From an uncultured Planctomycetota bacterium (GTDB lineage Bacteria > Planctomycetota > Planctomycetia > Isosphaerales > Isosphaeraceae), in assembly GCA_963823665.1 (NCBI GenBank), contig CAWGMQ010000006.1, positions 1,790,865 through 1,822,864 on the forward strand: DNA of 32,000 nucleotides. The letters are read 5' to 3'. Below are positions 16,760-26,473 of the stretch, one piece after another (within the stretch, counting starts at the first letter, position 1; each line of letters begins with the position of its first letter). A model generated the notes under the pieces. The model saw only the letters and a program-made list of their open reading frames with translations. It had not been told where the DNA came from and made no database searches. A program made the position numbers and the translations under genes.

Positions 16760-18206
16760 ACGGCCCCGAACAGGAGGTCCGTGCGAATATCTCGCATTCA
16801 GCCCTGACGGACGATTCTTTGTCACGGGTTTCCGCTCTGCGGATCACGTGTGCGCCAAGCCCATCGACCTCTGGGACACCGCCTCGGGGCGAAAGCTCTC
16901 CTCGTTGCCGGGGACATTCGCTCCGGCCGCATTCCAGGCGGCGGGCGATTACCACGGACTGGTTCGGTTCTGGGATACGTCCAGCGGCCGGGAGATCGGG
17001 CAGCCGCTTCCTCAAAGGGAGATCGATCTGGCCCTGGCCTACAGCCCGGATGGCAAGACGCTGGCGGTGGGGCTCGCCGAAGTTTTTACACACAAGCCGG
17101 GCACTCGACTCTGGGATACCGCGACAGGCCGGCCCATCGGCGAATTGTTGCCCAGCGTTGCGGGCGTGACCCGAATCGAGTTCCGTCCGGACGGTCGCGC
17201 CCTGCTCACGTGCGGCGGTTCCACCCGGCTGTGGGATGCCGTCCGGGCGCAGGCAATGGGTGAAGAAATTATTGACGATCAGGCCGGCGGATTTCGTCCG
17301 GATGGCCGCGTATTCCTCACACTGGGATCGGACCGGTTCGACAAATCGGCCGCCGATTACCGTGAGGCCGAGCGGCTCGGTAAGCGAGACGATGTGCGGG
17401 ACTTCCAGATTCACTGCGTCGTCGATTGCACCAAGGCCGAGCGCTGGGCCGAGGCCCTCTGGTATCTCGACCGCCTGATCGCCGCACGGCCAGGGGACGG
17501 GACGCTGCACGAGGACCGCGCAGCGGTCTACGGCAAGCTCGGCCGCGAGGCCGAGCGCCAGGCCGAGCTGGCAAGCGTGTTTGCGCTGGGAGCTGACGAG
17601 GGGCTCGTGATCGCGCGGGCCGAGGAGCTTGGCCGCGGCGGCCGCTGGGCCGAGGCCGCGGGCCTGCTGGCGCGCGGCGGGAGGGCAGGCCCGCTCAGTT
17701 CGGTTCTGGCCCAGGCCTGGGGCATCGCCTGTCTGCGGGCCGGCGATCGCGCCGGCTACCGCGAGGCCTGCGCGGCGTTCATGGACTACCAGGGGCCGGA
17801 CCCGACGGTCGTCTGGAACGCACTCGCGGCGGCATCGTTCTTCGCCCTGGGGGCCGAGGGCCTGGACGACTACCGGGTGCCGATGCGATGGATCGAGCGC
17901 CGGCTTTCCGCCAGTCCCACGCTGAACCCCGTAATCAAACATTACTTCTCGAACGTTCTGGGAGGCCTCTCGCTCCGCGCCGGGCGGCTGGACGATGCGA
18001 TTGGCCGCGTCAACGAAGGAATTGCCGCCGCGAACCAAGTGGAACTGCCCACCGACTGGGCTCACCTGGCCCTGGCCCATGCGCTCAAGGGGAACCTGGC
18101 TGAAGCCCGCCGCGGTCACGCCGGAGAGTCTCAGCCTCCGAATTCCACGATGAGGCCTTGCAGCAGGATGTTGGCCGGACCCGAGAGGGCCTCTGCCTGG
18201 GCCTGA
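16760..18206 (+). pseudogene. Chimeric 3' remnant of a kinase-WD40-TPR gene (WD40 then TPR-like region), internally deleted and fused out at its end
   Basis: GGPCEYLAFSPDGRFFVTGF...IDLWDTASGRKLSSLPG, DYHGLVRFWDTSSGREIGQPLPQREIDLALAYSPDGKTLAVGLAEVF and CVVDCTKAERWAEALWYLDRLIAARPGDG are collinear with 23090-26150 of the 21231/23426 gene, with segments missing. ORF 16848-18206 remains open. Confidence 0.82.
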
Positions 18207-19250
18207 GTCAAAATGCCGGCCTTGCGGAACGCGGCAACCTCACTCAGGAACGTCTGCACCTTGCTGGTGTCGCCGTTGTTGCCTTTAAGGATCAGCTTCA
18301 CACCGACGGAGTCGGCCTGCGCCGCGTTCAGCACCCCCGCCGCCTCCAGCGTTTCCACCTGTTCCTCGAGGTCGGCATCCTGCTGGGTCGATCGACGCCA
18401 CGGTGATCGCCACGCTGGCATCCGAGCTGATGTTGCCGAGGCTGACGGCGAGGCTCAGCGTGTCGGCGCCGCTGAAATTGAGGCCGCCGCGGTAGACCAG
18501 GGTGGCCAGGGCGGCTTTGAGCTCGACCGTGCTGCCGGTCAAGGACACCGAGCCGCTGCCGTTGCCGGTGGCCGTCAAGCCGCTGGTCGTCCCCAGGGTC
18601 AACGTGCCGTGGCCGACGGCGAGGGTGACCGTCAGGCTGCCGCTCTGCCCGCTGCCGATGGTGATGCCGCTGATGGCCTGGCCCACGTTCTCGTAGGCGG
18701 TCAGGGCGGCCGGGACGGTGATGGCCGGGCTGCCGGCCAGCAGGGCGATGGTCTTGGTCGGGCCGCCGTTGTTGGCCAGCCCGGCGGCCGCGAACTTCGG
18801 GCTGCCGATGCTGATGGCAGCGGTCCCGGGGGCCCCGGTCAACGCGCTCGACCCGGTTGCGTCCAGGCTGAGCAGGTCGTTTCTGCTGCCGGACAGTTTG
18901 GGGGCGCCGGCGCCATGGATGGCATTGGCGTAGAAGTCGCTGACGGTGGTGGTGCCGTTCTGGCCGAGGATGCTGTTGACGATCGTGGCCGTGGCGGTAG
19001 CGCCGCTGAAGCCGCTGCCGGAGCTGCTGTCGCTGAGAACGTAGACGTCGCTGGCGGTGCCGGCGCTGCTATTGCCGCTCGCGACGGCGTTGCCGCTGAA
19101 GGTGTCGAAGGTGGCGGCCAGGGTGCCGTTGCGTATGAAGACGGCGCCGCCGTCGCCTTGCCCCGCGCTGCCGTTGTTGCCGCCGCTACCGCCGGCGCCG
19201 GCGGTGGCCTTGTTCTGGGTGAAGGTGTCGTTGGTGAGGGTGAGTGCGCC
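18131..19250 (-). pseudogene. 3' remnant of a beta-helix / surface protein with a FIMAH-like C-terminal segment, frameshifted at about 18388
   Basis: GGALTLTNDTFTQNKATAGAGGSGG...ATATATIVNSILGQNGTTTVSDFYANAIHG resembles the 1-3473 protein (ATATVVNSILGQNASTTVSEFYASAIDG). It continues after a frame change as DADLEEQVETLEAAGVLNAAQADSVGVKLILKGNNGDTSKVQTFLSEVAAFRKAGILTQAQAEALSG...LIVEFGG*. Confidence 0.82.
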
Positions 19251-20319
19251 GCCGGTGCTGGTCGGCGTCGTAGGGCTGGTAACGGCTGCGGCGCAGCTCC
19301 CGGGCCAGGGCGTTGGCCGGCTCCAGGCAGGCGGCGGCCTCGGCGTGCTCGCCCCGCGCGTCGGCGACATGGGCGAGGGCAAAGAGCAGGTTCATCCGCA
19401 CCACCGGGGCGATCGGCCCGTGCATCGCGAAGCGGAGCCGGTCGCGGTCGGCCTCGGGCAGCCGGCCGCGCACGAGCACCGCCCGCCGCGCCAGCGGCAA
19501 CGGTGACTGCGGATGACGGGTCTCGGCCTCGTGGTAGCACGCCTCGGCCTCGGCCATGGCCCCGAGCTCCTCGTGCAGTGAGCCCAGGCTGATCCACGAG
19601 TCCAGGTGATCGGGTCGCAGCTCCAGGGCGCGGCGATAAGCGGCCTCGGCTTCGGCATGGCGGCCGTCGGACAGGTAGGCCCAGCCGAGCTCGTTGTGCG
19701 CGTCAGCATCGGCCGGCTTCTTCAGGGCGCGGCGCTCGCAAAGCTCAACCGCGGCGGGCCAGTCCTCGGCCTGGCCGTGGACGTAGGCCAATTGCAGCCA
19801 CAGGGCGTCATCTTCGGGGGCCAGCTCGGCGGCCCGGCGCGAATGCGCGAGGGCAACGACCGGCTTGCCCTGCCCAAGGAGCGCCAGGCCCAGGTTGGCG
19901 TGCGCGACGGCCAGGTCGGGCTCTAGCCGGAGGGCCTCGGCATAGGCATCGGCCGCCTCGGCCCACCGCTCCAGGCCGCGCAGAACGTTGCCGAGGTTGT
20001 TGAGCGCCTCGGGGTAGTCCGGCCGCAGGCGGAGGGCCGAGCGGCAGCTTTCGGCGGCTTGCTCGCGCTGGCCCAGGGCACGCTGGATCTCGGCGAAGTT
20101 GGCATGATACGTGGCGACGTCGGGCCGCAGCTCGATGGCCCTGCCCGTTAGCTCGACGGCACGGGCGGAGTAACCGCACTGGTGATGCAAGACGCCAAAC
20201 AGGTGCAGCACGTTAGCGTCATCAGGATCGCGGTCCAGCAGGGCCTGGTAGGTGCGGCCCGCGTCGGCGTAGCGACCGGCCTGATGGCATTCCCAAGCGT
20301 TCATCAAGTCCGGACTCAT
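19250..20319 (-). pseudogene. Truncated TPR(-sulfotransferase) gene: TPR region retained, sulfotransferase domain lost
   Basis: MSPDLMNAWECHQAGRYADAGRTYQALLDRDPDDANVLHLFGVLHHQCGYSARAVELTGRAIELRPDVATYHANFAEIQRALGQ parallels the 3570-5846 protein throughout to ANALARELRRSRYQPYDADQHRR, then runs into out-of-frame beta-helix sequence. The ORF closes at 19186. Confidence 0.83.
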
Positions 20320-20580
20320 CTTGTGACTCCGTCAAGAGCTGCGAGGTTCTGGTTGCATAAGGTCAGGATTGGTTGCACGGCGCGTGGACCGACCTCTCGG
20401 GGCTAACCCGCGGCGACAACGCGACGCTGGTGCTCCGCGGCTCAGACGCTGGTCATCACGATCCCTGGCGGGCCTTGTCCTCTCCTTGGGCTTACCACCT
20501 ATACTGCGAGGCGACCGCGATGCTCGCCTGGCTTTGGCTTTTTTTTGTCTCGGTTTATTGAAACTCGCAGTACTGTAAGT

Positions 20581-21234
20581 ATGGACGAGATGTCGCCACC
20601 TCCAGGACAGGTCCCCGGAGTTGTCACGCGGGCCGCGGCGGGCGACCGGGCTGCGATCGTCGTGCTGCTCGAGCGCTACCGCGCCCGGCTTCGCCGGATG
20701 GTGGCGCTGCGGCTGGACCCCCGGCTCCGGGGGCGGGTTGACGCCTCGGACGTGATCCAGGAGGGGTACCTCGATGCGATGCGGCGGCTCGAGGAGTTCA
20801 TCCGGGATCCGGCCGTGCCGTTCTACATCTGGCTGCGGTTCCTGGTTGGCCAGCGGGTGCAGGAGCAGCATCGGCGGCACCTGGGCTCGCCCGGCCGGGA
20901 TGTCGGCCGCGAGGTGTCGATCTACCGGGGCGCGATGCCCGGCGCCAGCACCGGGGCCCTGGCCGCCCGGCTTCTCGGCAAGCTCACGAGCCCCAGCCAG
21001 GCGGCGGTGCGGGCCGAGCGGAAGGTTCGGCTCCAGGAGGCCCTTAACCGCATGGACCCGCTCGACCGCGAGATCCTGGTCTTGCGCCACTACGAGCAGA
21101 TGGCCAACGGCGATGCCGCCGCGGCCTTAGGGCTGAAGTTCAAGGCGGCGAGCAAACGGTACACGCGGGCGCTCGAGCGGCTCGAGAAGGTCCTCAATGC
21201 CTTACCCGGAGACACGTCAGGGCAGGAGCCATGA
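20581..21234 (+). CDS. ECF-like sigma factor, paralogue of 14975-15628
   Basis: MDEMSPPPGQVPGVVTRAAAGDRAAIVVLLERYRARLRRMVALRLDPRLRGRVDASDVIQEGYLDAMRRLEEF...DPLDREILVLRHYEQMANGDAAAALGLKFKAASKRYTRALERL. ATGA overlap with the kinase. Confidence 0.92.
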   Translation: MDEMSPPPGQVPGVVTRAAAGDRAAIVVLLERYRARLRRMVALRLDPRLRGRVDASDVIQEGYLDAMRRLEEFIRDPAVPFYIWLRFLVGQRVQEQHRRHLGSPGRDVGREVSIYRGAMPGASTGALAARLLGKLTSPSQAAVRAERKVRLQEALNRMDPLDREILVLRHYEQMANGDAAAALGLKFKAASKRYTRALERLEKVLNALPGDTSGQEP

Positions 21235-23470
21235 GCGAGCCATCGGTCGATTGCGATCCTTTCGAGGGCGTAGCGGAGTCGTTCCTGGCGCGGTTCCGGG
21301 CTGGTGAGCGTCCCAGCATCGTCGAGTACGCCGCCCGCCACCCCGAGCTGGCCGACCAGATTCGCAGGCTGCTGCCGGCGCTGGTGATGGTCGAGCAAGA
21401 CCTCTCGATCGACGTCGACGCGGCTCCGGCCGGCCGGGATGCGATCGAGAGCCAGTCGAGGCGGCTGGGTGATTACCGGATCGTGCGTGAGATCGGGCGC
21501 GGCGGCATGGGGGTGGTCTATGAGGCCGAGCAGGTCAGCCTGGGCCGACGGGTGGCGCTCAAAGTTTTGCCCGGCCACGTGGTGGGCGACCGCCATGCCC
21601 TGGAGCGGTTCCGACGGGAGGCGAAGGCCGCAGCGCGGTTGCACCACACCAACATCGTGCCGGTTTTCGAGGTCGGGCAAGAGGGCGAGGTCGCTTTTTA
21701 CGCGATGCAGTTCATTCAGGGCCAAGGGCTCGAGCAGGTCATCGCCGAGCTGCGGCGGCTGCTCGCGCCGGGTCTCGACGCCGGCGAGGCCGGAACGGGC
21801 CGGGCCGAAGGCCTCGAGGCATCGACGACCGTCGGGGCGTCGCGGGTTTCCGTGAAGTCGATCCTCCGGCAGCGCGAGCTCGGCCAGCTTGCGGAATCTG
21901 TGCTGACCGGCCGCCTGATGAGGGACGGGACGGAACGGCCGGCGACCAACCCGCCCACGACGAACGCCGCTGTCGCTACGGAAGGATTCGGCTCAAACGC
22001 GACCGCCGCACTGGCGCCCTTGGCCGCCAAGGAGGGGCAACCTCCGGCTCGCCCCGGTTCCACCAACCTGTCGGGCTCGGCGATGCTGCCGGGCGGCACG
22101 CACATCTCCGAGATCGATTCCTCGGGCCGCCGGCAGCCGTTCTTCCGGAGCGTCGCGCAGATCGGCAGGCAGGCAGCGCAAGGGCTGGCCTACGCGCACT
22201 CACGCGGCATCATCCACCGCGACATCAAGCCGTCGGACCTGCTGCTGGATTCGGCGGGAGTGGTCTGGATCACCGACTTCGGCCTGGCCAAGGCGGAGGA
22301 AGACGGGCTGACCGCGACCGGCGACATCCTGGGGACGTTCCGATACATGGCGCCTGAGCGGTTCCGCGGGCTGGGGGACGCCCGCGCCGATGTCTATGCG
22401 CTGGGGCTGACCCTGTACGAGCTGCTGACCCTCCGGCCGGCGTTCGAATCGTCCGACCGGCTGAAGCTGGTCGAGCAAGTCAAGACCGCAGAGCCAGTCC
22501 ACCCCCGATCGATCGACCGCCACATCCCCCGCGACCTCGAGACGATCGTTCTGAAGGCGATCGAGAAGGAGCCCGGAGCGCGGTACCAGTCGGCCGACGC
22601 GATGGCCGAGGACCTGCGGCGGTTCCTGGCCGACGAGCCGATCAAGGCCCGCCAGGTCAGCACCTCGGAGCGATACTGGCGGTGGGCCAGGCGGAACCCC
22701 GTGATCGCGACACTGGGCGGCGTGCTGGGGATGGTGCTCGTCGCGGTGACGATCGGCTCGACATTGGCGGCGGCTTATTTCAAGGAGTCGGCCCGGCGCG
22801 AGACGAACCTGGCCGCGCGCGAGCAACTGGCGAATCAGCAATCGCAGCGCGATCGGCAAGCGGCCATCGAAGAGCGCGATCATTCGCGCCGGCTGTCCGC
22901 AGGTCTGGCGCTCGACAAGGGGATCGCCCTGGCCGAAGAGGGTCACGCCGACCGGGGCTTGCTCTGGATGCTCGAGGCCCTCAAGACGGCCCCGGACGAA
23001 GCGGAGGGATTTCAGAATGCGGTTCGCTGGAACCTGGGTGCCTGGCTCGGGCAGGTTCACAAGACGCTGCGGATCGTCGATACAGGCGGTCCCTGCGATT
23101 ACGTCGCCTTCAGCCCGGACGGACGATCGTTTGCAACGGGTTTCAATCCACATGACCGTGCGATAGCAACGCCCATCAACCTGTGGGACACCGCCTCGGG
23201 ACAAAAGCTCTCCTCCTTGCCCGGTGCTTTCGCCCCGTTCGCCTTCCGACCGGACGGAAAAGTCCTCGTCGCTCGCGACGACCAGCGCCGCGTCGTTGCC
23301 ATCGATCTGATCACGGGGCGGGTGCTCTGGACGACGTCGCAGCCCCTCGGACAGCACGGGGAATGGATCGAGTTGAGTCCGGACGGCTCAACGGCTTTTG
23401 TCACTTATACTGACAACTCAGAGAGTTGGTGGTTATCGCGACTCGACGTGGCGACGGGCCGGGGCGCGGA
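21231..23470 (+). CDS. Ser/Thr protein kinase with transmembrane segment and start of WD40 domain (5' part of a frameshifted gene; the ORF itself closes at 23759)
   Basis: [32 protein letters not shown]...[14 protein letters not shown]...[32 protein letters not shown]...[28 protein letters not shown]...[15 protein letters not shown]. Sequence after about 23470 in this frame is Ser/Arg-rich nonsense while the alternate frame is WD40-like. Confidence 0.9.
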
Positions 23471-26308
23471 GAGCCGATCCGGAGCAGTGGATCGGCTGCT
23501 GCCGCCCCTGACGGCAGGATGGTCGCGATCCGCCGAGTCGAGAACGGTAAGGCGTTCATCGATGTGCTCGACCTCCCCTCGGGCCGGCGAACGGCGAGCT
23601 GGCCAGCCGCCGAGAACGCCCTTTCCCTGTTACTCTTCAGCCCCGACGCCCGGTCGCTGTTCGTGTCGGAAAATAAGCGATCTGTCATCAACCAGAACAA
23701 CAGCTTCTTCGGTCAGGTCTGGGATCCGGGCAAGGGAAGACCGATTACTGCTCCCATGACAAGCACGAAGTCCGCTTTTTTTACTCGAGCGGCTGATTGT
23801 CTGGTGACGAATACCAACAACCTGTGGGTCGTACATGATGCCAAGGACGGCCGCGTGAGGGGTGCTGGCCTTCATGCCGGGACTGCTGAATGGCTTGATT
23901 CGCGTCCGTTTGGTCGCACCATGCTTGCCGCGTCCCATCGCGACGTTCATCTGTGGCAGATATCAACGGATTCAGAGCTGGTTCTCCGTGGAGGAACCGA
24001 GTCGCAAGCATCGCTCTCGGGGATCGAACCCGCGAGCCGGATGCGGGATATCACCTCATTCTGGACCGGGCTGTGGACGGACGGGCGAATCGCGATTGCA
24101 CTGGCCAAGCGGGCGGGCGAGCGAGCACTGATCCGATTCTCGGATCCGGCGACGGGACGCACTCTGGGAAGGCCCGCCTCGCACTACCCCGGCTGGAAGT
24201 TCGGTAGCTTCGCAGTCAGTCCCGACGGCCGATGCCTCGCGACCGAGAGCCATCAGGACGGTCGCTTCGCGAGCGAGGTGCGACTCTGGGACGCGAGCAC
24301 GGGCCGGTTGCAGTGCCCGCCGATTCCGCAACTCAACTACGTCGCGGCCCTGGCCTTCCAGTCCGACGGCAAGGTGCTGGCCACCGGCGATTTCTACGGA
24401 CTGGTCCGGCTCTGGGATACCTCGACAGGCCGGGAGATCGGGCATCCGCTTTTTCAATGCGAGATCGTGCTCAGCCTGGCGTTCAGCCCGGATGGCCAGA
24501 TGCTCGCGGTGGGGCTTTCCAACGATCATACCGCCAAACCGGGCGTCCGGGTCTGGGACACCGGGACACGCCAACCCGTCGGCGATTTGCTGCCGAGCAC
24601 CCATCCCGTCAACCGGATTGAATTCCGTCCCGATGGTCGAGCCCTGCTCGTGGATGCCGGTCCCACCACGCGGCTCTGGGATCTGCCCCGACGGCAGACG
24701 ATCGGCGAGCCGATCATTGACGAGGTGTCTTGCGGATTCCGTAGGGATGGTGGGGCGTTCCTCACGGTCGGAAGTGACGGCACGGTCAAACTTCGCGACG
24801 CAGCGACGGCGGCGGTTATTTCCAGCCTGCTCTCCAGCACGTCGCCGGCCACCTGCGCGGCGTTTCGCAGTGATGGTGCGCTCGTCGTCGCGGGGTTCGC
24901 GGATGGCAGCGCCCGGCTCTGCGACCCGGCCACATCGCAGCCGGTCGGTCCACCGCGCTTGCTAAGTCACGGCGTTCATCACGTCGCGTTCGCGCCCGAA
25001 GGCCGGACTTTTGCCGCGATCGACGAGTTCGGCGAAGCCCGCACCTGGCCCGTTGCCGAGCCGGTCCAGGATGCCGAGCTCGCCGACTTGACGCTGCGGA
25101 TCGAGGCCCGGACCGGCCTCCGGATGGACACCGGTCAGGCGATCTCGCGGCTCGACGACCGGGCCTGGCGCGACCGGCTCGAGCGGTTAGGGCAACTCGA
25201 TCCCACCGCGTTGCAGCCGGATGACGATTCCGCCTGGTACGAGTTGATGCTCAGTGAGGCCGAGCGGAACGGCCATGCGTTCGCGGCGCTGTGGCATCTC
25301 GACCGCCTGATCGCCGCGCGGCCCGACGATTGGTCCCTCTATGCGCGCCGGAGGCGTGCGCGGTCCTTGTCCGACAACTCCGACAGGTTCGCCAAGGCCG
25401 CCACGGACTACGGGCAGGCGGAGCGGCTGGGCTCCCGCGAGGAGGTCTTGGATTTCCAGACTCAGTGCGTGGTCGACTGCACCGAAGCCGGGCGCTGGGC
25501 CGAGGCCCTCTGGTATCTCGACCGCCTGATCGCCGCGCGGCCCGAGGACGGTTTCCTGCACGAGGACCGCGCGGCGGTCTTCGGCAAACTGGGGCGCGAG
25601 GCCGACCGCCAGGCCGAGCTTGCCCGCGTCTTCGAGCTGGGGGCCGACCAGGGACTGGTCATTCCCCGGGCCGAGGAGCTCGGCAAGGCAGGCCGCTGGG
25701 CCAAGGCCGCGGTCCTGCTGGCGCACTGCGGCCGGACCGGTCCGCTGAGCCGGGAGCTCGCCCAGGCCTGGGTGATCGCCTGTATGAGGGCGGGTGATCG
25801 CGCGGGCTACCGCGAGGCCTGCGCTGCGTTCATCGCCTGCCATCGACCGGAACCGACGGTCTTCTGGAACACCCTGGCCGCGGCTTCGTTCATTGGCCTG
25901 GGGGCGCAGGGCCTGGACGACTACCAGGTGCCAATACACTGGTGCGAAAACCGGCTTGCCGCCGTCCCCGCGCCGGGCAAGCTGGCTCGTCACCTGTTGG
26001 TGAGCGCCCTGGGAGGACTGCTGCTCCGGGCCGGCCGGGAGGATGAGGCGATCGCGCGCCTGAACGAAGGAATCAACCTCGGAGTAATGGAATTCGCCAC
26101 CGACTGGGCCTTCCTGGCAATGGCGCACGCGCGGAAGGGAAGGATCGAACAAGCCCGCCGCTCACTGGAGCGTCTCCGCGCTGCGGCTCCGGATCCGTTG
26201 GGATCTTTCTGGGAATTCCAGGAGCTGGCCCTCCTGCGGAGCGAGGCCGAGTCAATGCTCTTCGATGCCGGGTTTCCGAGTGACCCGTTTCACGGTTCGA
26301 AGCCGTGA
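23426..26308 (+). CDS. WD40 + TPR-like C-terminal part of the kinase gene, in the shifted frame
   Basis: AALAFQSDGKVLATGDFYGLVRLWDTSTGREIG, LAFSPDGQMLAVGLSNDHTAKPGVRVWD, IEFRPDGRALLVDAGPTTRLWD, then TPR-like EVLDFQTQCVVDCTEAGRWAEALWYLDRLIAARPEDGFLHEDRAAVFGKLGREADRQAELARVFELG. Confidence 0.88.
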   Translation: MVVIATRRGDGPGRGEPIRSSGSAAAAPDGRMVAIRRVENGKAFIDVLDLPSGRRTASWPAAENALSLLLFSPDARSLFVSENKRSVINQNNSFFGQVWDPGKGRPITAPMTSTKSAFFTRAADCLVTNTNNLWVVHDAKDGRVRGAGLHAGTAEWLDSRPFGRTMLAASHRDVHLWQISTDSELVLRGGTESQASLSGIEPASRMRDITSFWTGLWTDGRIAIALAKRAGERALIRFSDPATGRTLGRPASHYPGWKFGSFAVSPDGRCLATESHQDGRFASEVRLWDASTGRLQCPPIPQLNYVAALAFQSDGKVLATGDFYGLVRLWDTSTGREIGHPLFQCEIVLSLAFSPDGQMLAVGLSNDHTAKPGVRVWDTGTRQPVGDLLPSTHPVNRIEFRPDGRALLVDAGPTTRLWDLPRRQTIGEPIIDEVSCGFRRDGGAFLTVGSDGTVKLRDAATAAVISSLLSSTSPATCAAFRSDGALVVAGFADGSARLCDPATSQPVGPPRLLSHGVHHVAFAPEGRTFAAIDEFGEARTWPVAEPVQDAELADLTLRIEARTGLRMDTGQAISRLDDRAWRDRLERLGQLDPTALQPDDDSAWYELMLSEAERNGHAFAALWHLDRLIAARPDDWSLYARRRRARSLSDNSDRFAKAATDYGQAERLGSREEVLDFQTQCVVDCTEAGRWAEALWYLDRLIAARPEDGFLHEDRAAVFGKLGREADRQAELARVFELGADQGLVIPRAEELGKAGRWAKAAVLLAHCGRTGPLSRELAQAWVIACMRAGDRAGYREACAAFIACHRPEPTVFWNTLAAASFIGLGAQGLDDYQVPIHWCENRLAAVPAPGKLARHLLVSALGGLLLRAGREDEAIARLNEGINLGVMEFATDWAFLAMAHARKGRIEQARRSLERLRAAAPDPLGSFWEFQELALLRSEAESMLFDAGFPSDPFHGSKP

Positions 26309-26473
26309 TCCCGGCGGCATTCGTCCGACAAGCGGCTTCCGAACGCGATCTCGATTCGCTCCGAAACTACGCCGATTTCCGGGCGCTCAATGCCCGACCG
26401 GACTGTCCCACGCGATCCATTCGCTCGACCGTGACGACCTCAGTCTCATTTTTGTCTGGGCGCCGCCACTGAT

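Noticed and set aside
15700-16760. Methyltransferase cassette considered as an insertion sequence or transposon
   Set aside because: No transposase, terminal inverted repeats or target duplication could be identified, so it is reported only as a compositionally distinct replacement.
16623-18119. 498-aa minus ORF
   Set aside because: Antisense of the methyltransferase end and WD40/TPR remnant; no recognisable domain.
18213-19592. 459-aa plus ORF
   Set aside because: Antisense of the beta-helix remnant and TPR gene; Ala/Gly/Arg-rich without motifs.
22200-23357. 385-aa minus ORF
   Set aside because: Antisense of the kinase domain, whose catalytic motifs are unambiguous on the plus strand.
25187-26152. 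321-aa minus ORF
   Set aside because: Antisense of the TPR-like C-terminal region.
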